Origin: an uncultured Oscillospiraceae bacterium
GTDB lineage: Bacteria > Bacillota > Clostridia > Oscillospirales > Oscillospiraceae
Direction of reading: 5' to 3'
DNA: 64,000 nucleotides
Assembly (NCBI GenBank): GCA_944387095.1
Contig: CALXDP010000011.1
Coordinates: 12,430-76,429, forward strand
In this document: positions 47,370 through 57,758 of the stretch, piece after piece
Position numbering within the stretch: position 1 is the stretch's first letter
Layout: the number at the start of each line of letters is the position of its first letter
Translations under genes and position numbers: made by a program
Notes under the pieces: model-generated
Seen by the model: only the letters and a program-made list of their open reading frames with translations
Database searches by the model: none
What the model was told of the DNA's origin: nothing

Positions 47370-49097
47370 TTACTTTCTCAAACTCTCCGCCCAGCCGGCA
47401 TACCGCTCCACCTTGTCGTCGCAGTCCGCCCGGTCCCTGCCCTGGGCCAGGATATACACCTTGACCTTGGGCTCGGTGCCCGAGGGGCGCACGATGACGC
47501 TGGTGCCGTCAGCCAGCTCGTAGCGCAGCACGTTGGAGCCGGACAGTTCCATGGCGGACTTCTCCCCGGTGTGGGCGTCCACCACGCTGCCGTCTTGATA
47601 ATCCTTCCACTGCTTCACGCCGGTGCCGCCGATTTCCCTGGGGGGATCGGCCCGGAGGTTTGCCATCAGGTCGGCCATTTTCCGCAGGCCGTCCAGGCCG
47701 GGCATCACCAGGTTCAGGGTCTTCTCCCCGTAGTAGCCGTACTTTTCATACAGGGCCAGCAGGGCGTCGTACAGGGTCATACCCTGGCCAGCGTACCAGG
47801 CGGCCATCTCGGTCAGGCACACCGCTGCGGTGACCGCATCCTTGTCCCGGACATAGTCCCCCAGCATGTAGCCGTAGGACTCCTCGTAGGCGAAGATCAC
47901 CTTGCCCTCTCCGGCATTCTCCAGCCGGTCCTTCTTCTCCGCCAGGAACTTGAAGCCGGTAAAGGTATCATAGCAGGCCAGGCCATTGACTTCGGCCACC
48001 TTCCGGGCCATCTCGGTGGTGACGATGGTCTTGAGGGCCACGGGGTGTTCCGGCATCCTGCCCGTGCGGTTTCTGGCCCCGATCAGGTAGTCCAGCAGCA
48101 GCACGCCGGTCTGGTTGCCGGTGAGCACCTTGTACTCCCCATTGCCCGCGCTGACCATGATGCCCACCCGGTCCGCGTCCGGATCGGAGCCCAGGATGAA
48201 GTCCGCTCCATGCTCTCTGGCCAGCTCCACCGCCAGGGCGAAGCCCTCCGGGTTCTCCGGGTTGGGGGAGGCCACGGTGGGGAAGTTGCCGTCGATGACC
48301 ATCTGCTGGGGCACACAGATGACGTGCTTCATCCCCAGCCGGCGCAGGGCCTCAGGGATGAGCTTGTAGCCGGTTCCGTGGAAGGGGGTGTACACCATTT
48401 TGAAGGTGTCGGCCACCTGCTCCACCGCCCCCTTGTCGTTGACCTGGCCCATGACGTTGGCCAGAAACCGCTCGTCCGTCTCCGCCCCCATGAGGGTGAT
48501 GCGCCCCTGGGCAAGGGCCTGGTCATAGTCCATGGTCTTGACACAGTCGAACACGTCCAGCTCCCGCATCTTCTTGGCCACCTGGTCGGCGTGGCGGGGG
48601 GGCAGCTGGGCTCCGTCGGACCAATAGACCTTGTAGCCGTTGTACTCCTTGGGATTGTGGCTGGCGGTGATGTTGATGCCGGCGGTGCAGCCGTACTCCC
48701 GGATGGCGAAGGACAGCTCGGGGGTGGGGCGCAAAGACTCGAACAGCCGCACGGGGATGCCGTTGGCCGCCATAACGCAGGCGGCCTGCCTGGCAAACTC
48801 GTCGGAATGATTCCTGCAGTCATAGCACACGGCCACACCCTTGGCGGCGGCCTCGGCCCCCTCGTCCAGGATCACCTGAGCAAAGGCCTGGGTGGCGTGG
48901 CGAATGACGTGGACGTTCATCCGATATAGGCCCACCCCCATGGTGCCCCGCAGGCCAGCGGTGCCGAATTCCAGCTGGGAAAAGAACCGGGACTCAATCT
49001 CCTTGTCGTCCCCGGCGATGGCGGCCAGCTCCGCCTTCTCCTCCTGGGACAGGGCGGGCGCGTGGAGCCATTTCTCATAGGTTTCCTTGTAGGTCAT
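47370..49097 (-). CDS. pgm: phosphoglucomutase/phosphomannomutase (PgcA-like)
   Basis: Phosphoserine loop TASHNP, metal loop GSDPDADR. 575 aa. Confidence 0.9.
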   Translation of the reverse strand: MTYKETYEKWLHAPALSQEEKAELAAIAGDDKEIESRFFSQLEFGTAGLRGTMGVGLYRMNVHVIRHATQAFAQVILDEGAEAAAKGVAVCYDCRNHSDEFARQAACVMAANGIPVRLFESLRPTPELSFAIREYGCTAGINITASHNPKEYNGYKVYWSDGAQLPPRHADQVAKKMRELDVFDCVKTMDYDQALAQGRITLMGAETDERFLANVMGQVNDKGAVEQVADTFKMVYTPFHGTGYKLIPEALRRLGMKHVICVPQQMVIDGNFPTVASPNPENPEGFALAVELAREHGADFILGSDPDADRVGIMVSAGNGEYKVLTGNQTGVLLLDYLIGARNRTGRMPEHPVALKTIVTTEMARKVAEVNGLACYDTFTGFKFLAEKKDRLENAGEGKVIFAYEESYGYMLGDYVRDKDAVTAAVCLTEMAAWYAGQGMTLYDALLALYEKYGYYGEKTLNLVMPGLDGLRKMADLMANLRADPPREIGGTGVKQWKDYQDGSVVDAHTGEKSAMELSGSNVLRYELADGTSVIVRPSGTEPKVKVYILAQGRDRADCDDKVERYAGWAESLRK

Positions 49098-49402
49098 TGT
49101 GTTTCCTCCTCATATTCTTCCTCGGCGGGTTCCACCGGCGCGCGCAGCACGGCTTTTGCCTCCTCCATGCGGGATACCGGAACATAAATATGCTCTCCCA
49201 TGGGGACAGCCAGCCCACGGGTATAGGACAGTCCACCCACATCCGGGCGTCTGGTGAAGTAGGGAATCTGAAAGCTCTCCAGCATGGAGCAGCACAGCTC
49301 CGCATATCCCACCTCATGGTAGTCCACCGGCAGAAGGGCGGCCTCCTCCGGCTCCCCGGCGGCATTCTTCGGCCAAAAGTACAGCAGGTCGCTGTTTTTC
49401 AT
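49094..49402 (-). CDS. small hypothetical protein (possibly DUF2007-like)
   Basis: ATG at 49402 follows GGAGGGGG. ATGA overlap with the pgm start. Acidic C-terminus. Confidence 0.5.
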   Translation of the reverse strand: MKNSDLLYFWPKNAAGEPEEAALLPVDYHEVGYAELCCSMLESFQIPYFTRRPDVGGLSYTRGLAVPMGEHIYVPVSRMEEAKAVLRAPVEPAEEEYEEETQ

Positions 49403-49462
49403 CCCATCCCCCTCCATTTCATCCAGACCGTTTCCCCTCGTGTCTATTCTCCGCGCTTCTTC

Positions 49463-50704
49463 TCAGAACGCAAAGTTGCCGTCCACAAACACGGGAACTT
49501 CTCTCCCATCGTGGGTGCAGCCCACGATGGACAGGTCCCGGGTGCCCACCATGAAGTCCACATGGTTCATAGACTGGTTGAGCCCCGCAGCCTTCTGTTC
49601 CTTCTCATCCAGCTCCTCCCCGCCCTTGACGCAGTTGGGGTAGGCGGAGCCGAAGGCCAGATGGCAGGAGGCGTTCTCGTCAAACAGAGTGTTGTAGAAC
49701 AGGATGCCCGTGTTGCGGATGGGGGAGTCATAGGGCACCAGCGCCACCTCGCCCAAATAAGAGGAGCCCTCGTCCAGGTCGATGGAGTTTTTCAGCACTT
49801 CCTCCCCTTCCCGGGCGTAGACATCCACAATTTTACCGTTCCGGAAGTCCAGGTAGAAGTCCCGCACCAGATTGCCGTTCAGGGCCAGAGGCAGGGCGGC
49901 GTACACCCGGCCGTCCACCCCGTCCCACCGGGGGGCGGTGAAGATCTCCTCCGTGGGCATGTTGGCCACGAACTCCACCCCGGCAGGGGTGACATCGGCG
50001 CCGCCCATCCACACATGGCGGTCCGGCAGCTGGATGGTCAGGTCGGTACCTAGGGAATTGGTGTAGTGCAGGAATTTGAAGTTGTAGTCGTTGAGAATCT
50101 TGGCCCGGCGGGCGGTGGCCTCGATGTGCTCCTTCCACCGCTCCACTCCCTGGCCGTCCCCGGTGATGCGGCACACGGAGAAGATAGCCTCCCACAGGGC
50201 GTCCACGGCCTCCTCCCCTTTTTTGCCCGGGAACACCTTCTCCGCCCAGGCCCGGGTGGGATTGGCCCCGATGGACCACTGGAAGCGATTGGCGGTCATG
50301 GCGTCGTAGTAGGGTTTAGTGGGCTGGGCGCTGGCCCGCTGCCAGGCCTGGATGCGGGCGGGGTCCACCCCCCTGAGAGACTCCGGGTCGGAGCCTGTGA
50401 TGGACAGGGCCGGGGCCTGCCGTTCCAGCAGCCAGTGGAATTTGGCAGTCAGATAAGAGGGGAATTCCGAGAACACCGCCTCGTCCGCTTTCAGGTAGTG
50501 CTGGCGGGTGATGAAATCGTCCGTCCAGTCCACAACCACATCCCGGGCGCCGCAGTCATAGGCGGCGGCCACGCACAACCGGGCCAGAGGTGCGCACTCG
50601 ATGGGAGCGGCGATACGGGAGGTCTGGCCGGGCTGGACGTTCATGCCCACCTCCACCAGCAGGTGGGCGTATTCGTTGAGCTTGGCTTCAAAATCCTTCA
50701 CCAT
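49463..50704 (-). CDS. M29-family aminopeptidase (AmpS/PepS-like)
   Basis: 413 aa. The N-terminus KLNEYAHLLVEVGMNVQPGQ and the C-terminal NASCHLAFG pattern are typical of aminopeptidase II/T. Confidence 0.75.
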   Translation of the reverse strand: MVKDFEAKLNEYAHLLVEVGMNVQPGQTSRIAAPIECAPLARLCVAAAYDCGARDVVVDWTDDFITRQHYLKADEAVFSEFPSYLTAKFHWLLERQAPALSITGSDPESLRGVDPARIQAWQRASAQPTKPYYDAMTANRFQWSIGANPTRAWAEKVFPGKKGEEAVDALWEAIFSVCRITGDGQGVERWKEHIEATARRAKILNDYNFKFLHYTNSLGTDLTIQLPDRHVWMGGADVTPAGVEFVANMPTEEIFTAPRWDGVDGRVYAALPLALNGNLVRDFYLDFRNGKIVDVYAREGEEVLKNSIDLDEGSSYLGEVALVPYDSPIRNTGILFYNTLFDENASCHLAFGSAYPNCVKGGEELDEKEQKAAGLNQSMNHVDFMVGTRDLSIVGCTHDGREVPVFVDGNFAF

Positions 50705-50776
50705 TGGGACACGTTCTCCTTTTCAGCTTTTGGTGCCTTCATTATAGCCCGTCCCCCGGGAAAAAGCAATTCTGGT

Positions 50777-50805
50777 TTGCATTTTTTCCCTAGCTGTCGT
50801 ATAAT
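50777..50805 (+). promoter_or_regulatory. putative sigma-A promoter of asnA
   Basis: TTGCAT, a 17-nt spacer and TATAAT. Confidence 0.55.
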
Positions 50806-50868
50806 CTATTCTGTTAAAGCGCCGGCCTGCCAGCCGGCCGGAATCCAGCCAAAGAAGGAGCTGCCGCC

Positions 50869-51882
50869 ATGCTGAAAACCGTCATCCCCGCAGGGTATGC
50901 CCCCTGTTTAAACCTGTACGACACCCAGAAGGCCATCGGCCTGCTCAAGCGTCTGTTCGAGGACAGCCTGGGGGGCGCCCTCCATCTGCGCCGGGTGTCC
51001 GCCCCCCTGTTTGTAGATGCCTCCACCGGCCTGAACGATGACCTGAACGGGGTGGAGCGCCCGGTGTCCTTTGACATCCCCTTCGCCGGCCGGGAGGCCC
51101 AGGTGGTCCACTCCCTGGCCAAGTGGAAGCGCATGGCCCTGTACCGCTACCAGTTCTCCGTGGGGGAAGGGCTGTACACCGATATGAACGCCATCCGCCG
51201 GGACGAGGAGCTGGACAACATCCACTCGGTGTATGTGGACCAGTGGGACTGGGAAAAGGTCATCGCCCCCCGGGACCGCACCACCGATTACCTGAAGGCC
51301 ACGGTGTCCACCATCGTGGGGGTGTTGGCAGATACCCAGGCCACCCTGCGCTCTGTCTTCCCCCAGCTCACCCCTCTGCCCGTCCTCAGCCGGGAGGTAT
51401 CCTTCGTCACCACCCAGGAGCTGGAGGACCGCTGGCCTGATCTGTCCCCCAAGCAGCGGGAGGACGCCTGGGTAAAAGACCACCCCACCACCTTCCTCAT
51501 GGGCATTGGCGCCCCGCTGAAGTCCGGCAAACCCCATGACGGCCGGGCCCCGGACTATGACGACTGGGCGCTGAACGGGGATATTCTGGTGTGGAACAGC
51601 GTACTGGGCCGGGCCTTTGAGCTGTCCTCCATGGGCATCCGGGTCAGTCCTGAGTCCCTGGACCGGCAGCTGACCGCCGCCGGGTGCGACAACCGCCGGA
51701 CCCTGCCCTTCCATAAGCTGCTGCTGGAGGGTAAGCTTCCCCTGACTATGGGGGGCGGCATCGGCCAGAGCCGGGTGTCCATGTACCTGCTGGGCAAGGC
51801 CCATATTGGCGAGGTCCAGGCCTCTGTGTGGGACCAGCAGACGCTGGACGCCTGCCGGGATGCCGGGGTCATTTTGTTGTAA
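50869..51882 (+). CDS. asnA: aspartate--ammonia ligase
   Basis: 337 aa. AsnA pattern (VDQWDWEKVI, GGGIGQSR). Confidence 0.9.
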   Translation: MLKTVIPAGYAPCLNLYDTQKAIGLLKRLFEDSLGGALHLRRVSAPLFVDASTGLNDDLNGVERPVSFDIPFAGREAQVVHSLAKWKRMALYRYQFSVGEGLYTDMNAIRRDEELDNIHSVYVDQWDWEKVIAPRDRTTDYLKATVSTIVGVLADTQATLRSVFPQLTPLPVLSREVSFVTTQELEDRWPDLSPKQREDAWVKDHPTTFLMGIGAPLKSGKPHDGRAPDYDDWALNGDILVWNSVLGRAFELSSMGIRVSPESLDRQLTAAGCDNRRTLPFHKLLLEGKLPLTMGGGIGQSRVSMYLLGKAHIGEVQASVWDQQTLDACRDAGVILL

Positions 51883-52135
51883 CTCCTTTTGTGCCCTGCC
51901 CAGCATCCGCCGCAGGTGCGGCGTGCCAGCAATTTTATTCCATAATTTTATTCCATTCAATGGAACCTGGGAAACCGAATGTTTTTCCAGGAGAGGACGA
52001 GCAAGGCCGTGCAGCGATGGCCCTGCCGCAGGGCGGGGCCTGAGCGAAACGGATTTTGCGGAGACGAGGCCCAGGGCGAATTCAGTTCGCCCGAGCAATT
52101 CCACGACAGGGCCCTCGCGGGGCCTGCCCCGTGGG

Positions 52136-52236
52136 GATGCAAGGCCCCCGTCGGACAGGGGCAGGTCTCTGTGTGGGGCCAGCAGGCGCTGGGCGCCTGC
52201 CGGGACGTCGGGGGCATTCTGCTGTCATTCGGGTGA
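52136..52236 (+). pseudogene. degenerate second copy of the asnA 3' coding end
   Basis: Translates ...KAPVGQGQVSVWGQQALGACRDVGGILLSFG*. The true end is GKAHIGEVQASVWDQQTLDACRDAGVILL*. The nucleotide alignment with 51790-51882 is obvious by eye. Confidence 0.75.
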
Positions 52237-52255
52237 ATACGGAAGGAGGATTTCC

Positions 52256-53371
52256 ATGAAGAAATTGGGCTTTGGCTGTATGCGCTTCCCCCTGCTCAAC
52301 CCGGAGGACCCCACCTCGGTGGACCTGGAGCAGGTCAAGGCCATGGTGGATCGGTTTCTGGAGCGGGGCTTTACCTACTTCGACACCGCCTGGTTCTACC
52401 ACAAGGGTACCAGTGAGGGTGTCCTCAGGCAGACGCTGGTGGAGCGGCACCCTCGGGACCGCTTCACCCTGGCGGACAAGCTGCCCCTGTCCATGCTCAA
52501 GGACAAAACCCGGGAGGATCAGGCCCAGACCTTCCGCACCCAGTTGGAGCGGTGCGGGGTGGACTGCTTTGACTACTACCTGCTGCACAATGTCAACGCC
52601 GAGTCCTACGAAACCGCCCAGCGGCTGGACAGCTTTTCCTATCTGCTGGAGCAGAAGGAGAAGGGGTACATCCGCCACCTGGGCTTTTCCTTTCACGACA
52701 GTGCCAAGGTGCTGGATCGAGTGCTGCGCGAGCACCCCGAGATGGAGTTTGTCCAGCTCCAGCTGAACTATCTGGACTGGGAGAGCCCCAGCGTTCAGTC
52801 CCGCCTGTGCTATGAAACCGCTGTAGGCCACGGCAAGCAGGTGGTGGTGATGGAGCCGGTGAAGGGGGGCAAGCTAGCCGACCCCTCCCCGGCGGTGGCC
52901 GAGCTGTTCCGGGGGTATGACCCGGCGGCCTCCCTGCCCTCCTGGGCCATCCGGTTTGCCGCCAGCCTGGACCACGTCATGGTGGTGCTCTCCGGCATGT
53001 CAAGCCTGGAACAGGTGGAGGACAATACCAGCTACATGTCCCACTTTGTCCCGCTGAGCGCTGAGGAGCTGGCCCTCACTGAACAGGCCGCCCAGCTCAT
53101 CCGGGGGGACGGCACAGTGCCCTGCACTGCCTGCTCCTATTGCACCGAAGGCTGTCCCAACCACATCCCCATCCCCGCTATTCTCGCCCTCTACAACGGC
53201 TCTATCCTGGCCCCCGGGGAGAAGGACTACCGGGAGGAGTACCGCTCCCTGCCGGTGAACGCCGACCCCTGCGTCTACTGCGGCCAGTGCCGCCGGGCCT
53301 GTCCCCAACACATCGATGTGATCACTGCCCTGAAGGACGCCCACGCCGTCCTGGGGGTGGACGGGGGCTGA
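52256..53371 (+). CDS. aldo/keto reductase fused to C-terminal 4Fe-4S ferredoxin-like module
   Basis: MKKLGFGCMRFP AKR start after GGAAGGAGGA. C-terminal cysteine clusters CTACSYCTEGC and CVYCGQCRRAC. The track ORF from 51806 is a run-on through the asnA-tail relic. Confidence 0.8.
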   Translation: MKKLGFGCMRFPLLNPEDPTSVDLEQVKAMVDRFLERGFTYFDTAWFYHKGTSEGVLRQTLVERHPRDRFTLADKLPLSMLKDKTREDQAQTFRTQLERCGVDCFDYYLLHNVNAESYETAQRLDSFSYLLEQKEKGYIRHLGFSFHDSAKVLDRVLREHPEMEFVQLQLNYLDWESPSVQSRLCYETAVGHGKQVVVMEPVKGGKLADPSPAVAELFRGYDPAASLPSWAIRFAASLDHVMVVLSGMSSLEQVEDNTSYMSHFVPLSAEELALTEQAAQLIRGDGTVPCTACSYCTEGCPNHIPIPAILALYNGSILAPGEKDYREEYRSLPVNADPCVYCGQCRRACPQHIDVITALKDAHAVLGVDGG

Positions 53372-53425
53372 TCCCCGGGACAAATTCCAACCGGGCCCTG
53401 GCTGTTTTTCTCCCGGTATATTGCA

Positions 53426-53461
53426 ATCTGCGGCCCCCGGCTTTTGCCGGGGGCCGCAGAT
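53426..53461. terminator. bidirectional intrinsic terminator
   Basis: Perfect 16-bp stem atctgcggcccccggc / gccgggggccgcagat with a TTTT loop, between convergent genes. Confidence 0.7.
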
Positions 53462-53500
53462 TATACTTTGCATCTTCCCCCAGCGCACCGGGGACGCAAG

Positions 53501-55738
53501 CTATCCGCCGTGCCGCCTTCTCCCGCCGTGCCGGTACTCTTTCTGAAAGCAGTCCTGGCACAGCCGTCCCCGGTGGTGCAGGGGCAGGGCCTTGCCACAG
53601 CGGTCGCAGAAGCGGATATTATTGCGCAGCCGGTGCAGCAGAATCTCGTTGATCTCATCGGCCACCCGCTCCCTGGTGTCATACAGCCTGTCCTCATCCA
53701 CCGGGCAGCCGAAGGCTTTGGCAAACGAGAAGTAGAGGTCCAGCTTCCGGTAGTACTGCTCCAGTTCCGGCAGGGTGGCCTCCTCCGCCAGGCCGGGCTG
53801 CTCGATGGTCTCTCCCCGCTGCCACTGGCTCAAAAAGCGGAAGAATAGCTCCCGCAGGGCTTCCTCCGTCTCGTCAAAGGGGATGTTGGCCGCCCGCAGC
53901 TCCTGCTCCCGGGTCAGCACAAAGCCCATCTCCCGCATCTTGGAGATGAGAGAGATATACCGGGAGATATCCAACTTGCGGTAGGGCTCCACCGTGGGCA
54001 TCTTGTTCCACTGGGTGAGCACCTCCAGCAGATCGAAGTCCACCTGAAGCACCAGGTCGGAAAAACCCACCACAGCGTGTTCCAGGGGTGGGATCACCGC
54101 CTCCAGCCCCGCCCGGATCAGCCCCAGGTTCTGGGTGGCGCCCACATACCCCTTATTGTACATCCCATACCGGCCCGCCCGGCCGGCGATCTGACGGATC
54201 TCTTCGGGCTTCAGCTCCCGGCGCTCCATCCCATCGAACTTCTCCGTCTCCATAAAAATGATTCGCCGGATGGGCAGGTTCAGCCCCATGCCGATGGCGT
54301 CGGTGGATACGATATATTCCATCTCCCCTGCCAGAAAGCCCTCCATCTGCTTGCGCCGGGTGGCATAGGGCAGGGCGCCGTAGATGATGGCCGGTTCCTT
54401 GCCGCTCTGGCGCAGGTCCTCCGCCACGCTGAGCACCCCCACCTTGGAAAAGGTGATCAGGGCGTCCCCGGGTTGAATGCGGTGGTAGTCCACCGGGTGG
54501 GACATACAGATCAGCGGGGTGGTGCGCCGGTGCTCCACCACCTCGTAGCTGTCACCACAGCTTTCGATGAGCCGGATCAGGATCTGCCTGGCCTCCGGTG
54601 CGGCGCACAGATGGACCTCCGGCGACAGCACACCCAGGATGGCCCGGGTCCAGGCGTAACCCCGCTCCCGGTCAGAGATCATCTGGCACTCGTCGATTAC
54701 CGCCACGTCAAAGCGCCGTTCCAGGGACAGCTTTTCCGCCGTGGCGGCCACATGGGTGTCCCCCTCCCGGATGTCCTCTTCCTCTCCGGTGGTCAGGCTG
54801 CAGTCCACCCCCCCGTCTATCAGAGTCTCCTGAGCCTCAAGGGCCAGCAGGCGCAGGGGCGCCAGGTACACCCCCGTCTTCGCCCCCATCAGGCGCTGAA
54901 CCCCAGCGTAGGTCTTGCCTGTGTTGGTGCCCCCCAAGTGGAGGATAAAATGCCGGTGCATAGCTCGGGCCTGCGGGTACTCGTCCTTGGGGTTCAGGGC
55001 AATGAGCAGGGACAGGCTGGTACGGATGGCCCTGGGCACATACCACACCGACCACACCGTGCCCAGTCCCTCCCCGATCAGCTGCCCCTCGGGAAAATCC
55101 TTTGCCTTCAGCAGCGTCTCCAGGTCCGCCTGGGGCTGGGTTTGGCGGAAGTCCTCCAGCACCCGCTCCGAAATCTGGAGCAGCACCTGGACATAGCGCT
55201 GGCCCAGCCGCCGGGCCAGCGGGTGATTGGGGTTCCTCCCCATCCAGATCCCCGCCTGGAGGAAATTCCGCAGGATCTCCGGCAGCCGCTTGACCTCGCA
55301 TCGCTGCTCCAGGGCGAGAAACTCCCCAATCCAGGCCGTGGCCTGGGCGGGGCGCGCCCCTCTGGCCCGCTTGGACCTAGCCGCCTTGAGCAGCCCGTGG
55401 GCGAGCCCGCCGTGATAGCGCTCCGCCAAAAGCCACAGCGGGGTGTCCTCCCGTGCGCTCGCTTCCCAGACTCGGGCCAGGGCGGCCTGGGCCCGCTTTG
55501 CCTCCGGCGGAGGCGGCCCGGAGGCGTCAGCCTGCCCCGGCCCCTCCGGGACAGGAGTGGGGAAGCGCGGATCGGCCTCCGCCTGGCGCACCCGCTCCTT
55601 GCTCCAGACCCGGACAGTCCGCCCGTCCCTGACGCGGTACCACGGCTCCGGGAGCAGCTCCCGCGCCAGCTCCTTTGTCCACCCCCGGCTCTTCAGCACG
55701 GACATGGTCCAGTATTTCCCTCGATTGCGTCCCGCCAC
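53501..55738 (-). CDS. Suv3-like superfamily-2 helicase with C-terminal zinc ribbon
   Basis: Walker A GGTNTGKT, Walker B IDECQ and motif VI QIAGRAGR. C-terminal CDRCG...CQDC. Confidence 0.75.
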   Translation of the reverse strand: MAGRNRGKYWTMSVLKSRGWTKELARELLPEPWYRVRDGRTVRVWSKERVRQAEADPRFPTPVPEGPGQADASGPPPPEAKRAQAALARVWEASAREDTPLWLLAERYHGGLAHGLLKAARSKRARGARPAQATAWIGEFLALEQRCEVKRLPEILRNFLQAGIWMGRNPNHPLARRLGQRYVQVLLQISERVLEDFRQTQPQADLETLLKAKDFPEGQLIGEGLGTVWSVWYVPRAIRTSLSLLIALNPKDEYPQARAMHRHFILHLGGTNTGKTYAGVQRLMGAKTGVYLAPLRLLALEAQETLIDGGVDCSLTTGEEEDIREGDTHVAATAEKLSLERRFDVAVIDECQMISDRERGYAWTRAILGVLSPEVHLCAAPEARQILIRLIESCGDSYEVVEHRRTTPLICMSHPVDYHRIQPGDALITFSKVGVLSVAEDLRQSGKEPAIIYGALPYATRRKQMEGFLAGEMEYIVSTDAIGMGLNLPIRRIIFMETEKFDGMERRELKPEEIRQIAGRAGRYGMYNKGYVGATQNLGLIRAGLEAVIPPLEHAVVGFSDLVLQVDFDLLEVLTQWNKMPTVEPYRKLDISRYISLISKMREMGFVLTREQELRAANIPFDETEEALRELFFRFLSQWQRGETIEQPGLAEEATLPELEQYYRKLDLYFSFAKAFGCPVDEDRLYDTRERVADEINEILLHRLRNNIRFCDRCGKALPLHHRGRLCQDCFQKEYRHGGRRRHGG

Positions 55739-55984
55739 GGCACGGTCTCCTCTCCTGGGGCATTTCTCATACTGTAATTAGTATAGCCCAAAAAAGGGAA
55801 TCCTTCAACCACTGCCGCTGAGCCCCAGTGTGTCACTGGCGCCAGGGTTTTCCAGGGCTGGTCAGGGGCAGGTCCTGCTCCAACTCGGGGAAAGCCGCCT
55901 GAAAGGCCCCGCCGCAAGCTCAGCGCAGAGGGCCGGGGTTGGAAGCCAAATGCGGCAAAATGGTGGGGCGCGGCGCTTTGCAAG

Positions 55985-56026
55985 GAAAAAAGCTTGCCGC
56001 AAGCGATATGACGCTTGCGGCAAGCT
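55985..56026 (-). terminator. intrinsic terminator at the left edge of the AT-rich island
   Basis: About 14-bp stem agcttgccgcaagcg / gcttgcggcaagct followed on the minus strand by TTTTTT. Confidence 0.7.
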
Positions 56027-56163
56027 GGAAACTGCTGGCCAAAAGATAGCCCCCACATACTTGCTCTTAAATCCTATATCTCAGCCTGTAGTGTGGTTGA
56101 ACTTTTAGAAGAGAGGAGCCTATTCGTTTATGAATACACAAAACCCATTTGTACCGAGCATCA

Positions 56164-56590
56164 TCATACCGCCTGGGAGACGATTCTCCGATTGTAGTCA
56201 TCGATTGCTTCATATAACCTCACGCCATCCATACTTTTCCGTGCATCGTCACTTGGGCGGGTATGCCATTCGCCGAGGTATGTGAGATTATCTAACGGCA
56301 TCTGATAAATCTATTTCAGCCGGTCGGGCAGACTGGCGCAGCCCCTATAAAAGAGGTTGGCGAGAAGCACTATCCCTCACTTATAAACAATGTAGACACG
56401 CCTTCTTGTTATATCATATGCTCCAAGGAGGACACCACCAGTTTCATTTGGCAAAGCCTTTGCGCGATCATCTCGCATTTCATCAAACAGCGTTGCGGAC
56501 ACTTCTACTTGCCACCGGTTATATTTATCAGAAATCCATATTTTCTGAAGGCTCAGTCATAACTTCGCCTTTCTCACCAGAGAGCCCCAT
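56164..56590 (-). pseudogene. decayed JAB/MPN (JAMM) domain gene
   Basis: Conceptual translation is ...DKYNRWQVEVSATLFDEMRDDRAKALPNETGGVLLGAYDITRRRVYIVYK*GIVLL...PDRLK*IYQMPLDNLTYLGEWHTRPSDDARKSMDG... The ETGGVLLG and YLGEWH(T)xP motifs are JAB hallmarks. Two in-frame stops (56377-56379, 56311-56313), one frameshift near 56530 and HxH degraded to HTR. Confidence 0.6.
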
Positions 56591-56610
56591 ATGGCTGCAA
56601 CAGGCAAGAT

Positions 56611-57714
56611 TTAGTTTTGATAACAACGATAGATGCAGTTTGCAACTTCATATCCATGGCGAAGCAATAACTGATAGTCAGATTTTTTGGGCTTCTGGAG
56701 CGTTGTCTTATAGTTCATGGCTCTTTCTGCTTCAGAATTAGGCAGACACGCTTGCAACAAAAACTTTTTTAAGTCATCGGAACACTTACTGTCTGCGGTA
56801 ATTTTTTCCGCGCTGCTGCCTATTTTCAAGTACATCCCCTGGTTCGTCCGTTTGATAAAATCCACAACCATGCGGCTGCGCAGGGCAGTGACTTGATCCA
56901 TAGAAATATCCAATAAGCGTTTCAGGTTGGCATAACTAAAACCTGTTTGGCGGCGATAAGGACTAATCGATGCAGAGGCATTGCTGACAATCATGAAATC
57001 CAAACCACTGCTCAGAGTGCCTGCATCATTTGGTTTGAATATCGACTCTAACCCCAGATTGTCATAAACACCGCCATCCCATAAGTGGATGGTTTTATTT
57101 TGGGCGGAATAATCTGTACTGGAATATTTGGATGGGCTCCACTGATACTCACGTGTATTCATGCAATATGGGCCAATCAAAATGGGGAATCCAGCTGATG
57201 CCGCCATCACATGAGACAGGGGAATACTGGGCCATTTCACATACCCAATTTTATAATCACCCATATCCTCTTTGCAAAAACGAAATCGTTTCCCAGTTTC
57301 ATACGTGGTACAATTCGTGTACCACATAGGGTCCCCTGAAAGATCGGTCAGATTCCCATAAACTCCCCATTGCCGTTCCAACTGCTTTGCAATAATATTC
57401 ACTTTTTTGTTCCAGTAGTATGGTGTGAAAATAAGCTTCAGAATGGCAGAGGTTTGTATATCTTTGGCCAATATAACTTTTTCAATCGAGGGCAAGACAG
57501 CAGAGAGAAATGCCTCACTGGAGGGCCATGTCAGATGATTATGGGAATAAATCAATCCAATACAAAGACTGGCACCAGAAACAGAGGACACTCGCTTTAC
57601 TTTTTCCAATAAACCATTCTCAGCCAACCATTTAAAAAGTCCAAGGTGAAAGATTGTAGCCCTGATACCGCCGCCGGATAGGGCAATACCTATATTTTTC
57701 AATTCCATAGCCAT
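56611..57714 (-). CDS. patatin-like phospholipase
   Basis: Glycine-rich loop LSGGGIRA, nucleophile-elbow region SSVSGAS and catalytic Asp motif WDGGVYDNLG. 367 aa and intact. Confidence 0.8.
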   Translation of the reverse strand: MAMELKNIGIALSGGGIRATIFHLGLFKWLAENGLLEKVKRVSSVSGASLCIGLIYSHNHLTWPSSEAFLSAVLPSIEKVILAKDIQTSAILKLIFTPYYWNKKVNIIAKQLERQWGVYGNLTDLSGDPMWYTNCTTYETGKRFRFCKEDMGDYKIGYVKWPSIPLSHVMAASAGFPILIGPYCMNTREYQWSPSKYSSTDYSAQNKTIHLWDGGVYDNLGLESIFKPNDAGTLSSGLDFMIVSNASASISPYRRQTGFSYANLKRLLDISMDQVTALRSRMVVDFIKRTNQGMYLKIGSSAEKITADSKCSDDLKKFLLQACLPNSEAERAMNYKTTLQKPKKSDYQLLLRHGYEVANCIYRCYQN

Positions 57715-57758
57715 CTTATAACCCTCTATATATAAAGTCTTTTTCTCTGGGTTATGCC

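Noticed and set aside
51806-52255. N-terminal 150-aa extension of the aldo/keto reductase ORF
   Set aside because: The extension runs through the asnA 3' end, the spacer and the asnA-tail relic. The true start (MKKLGFGCMRFP) follows a strong SD at 52256.
56406-56741. 111-aa plus-strand ORF
   Set aside because: It lies antisense to the JAB relic and the patatin 3' end. It has no SD and no motifs.
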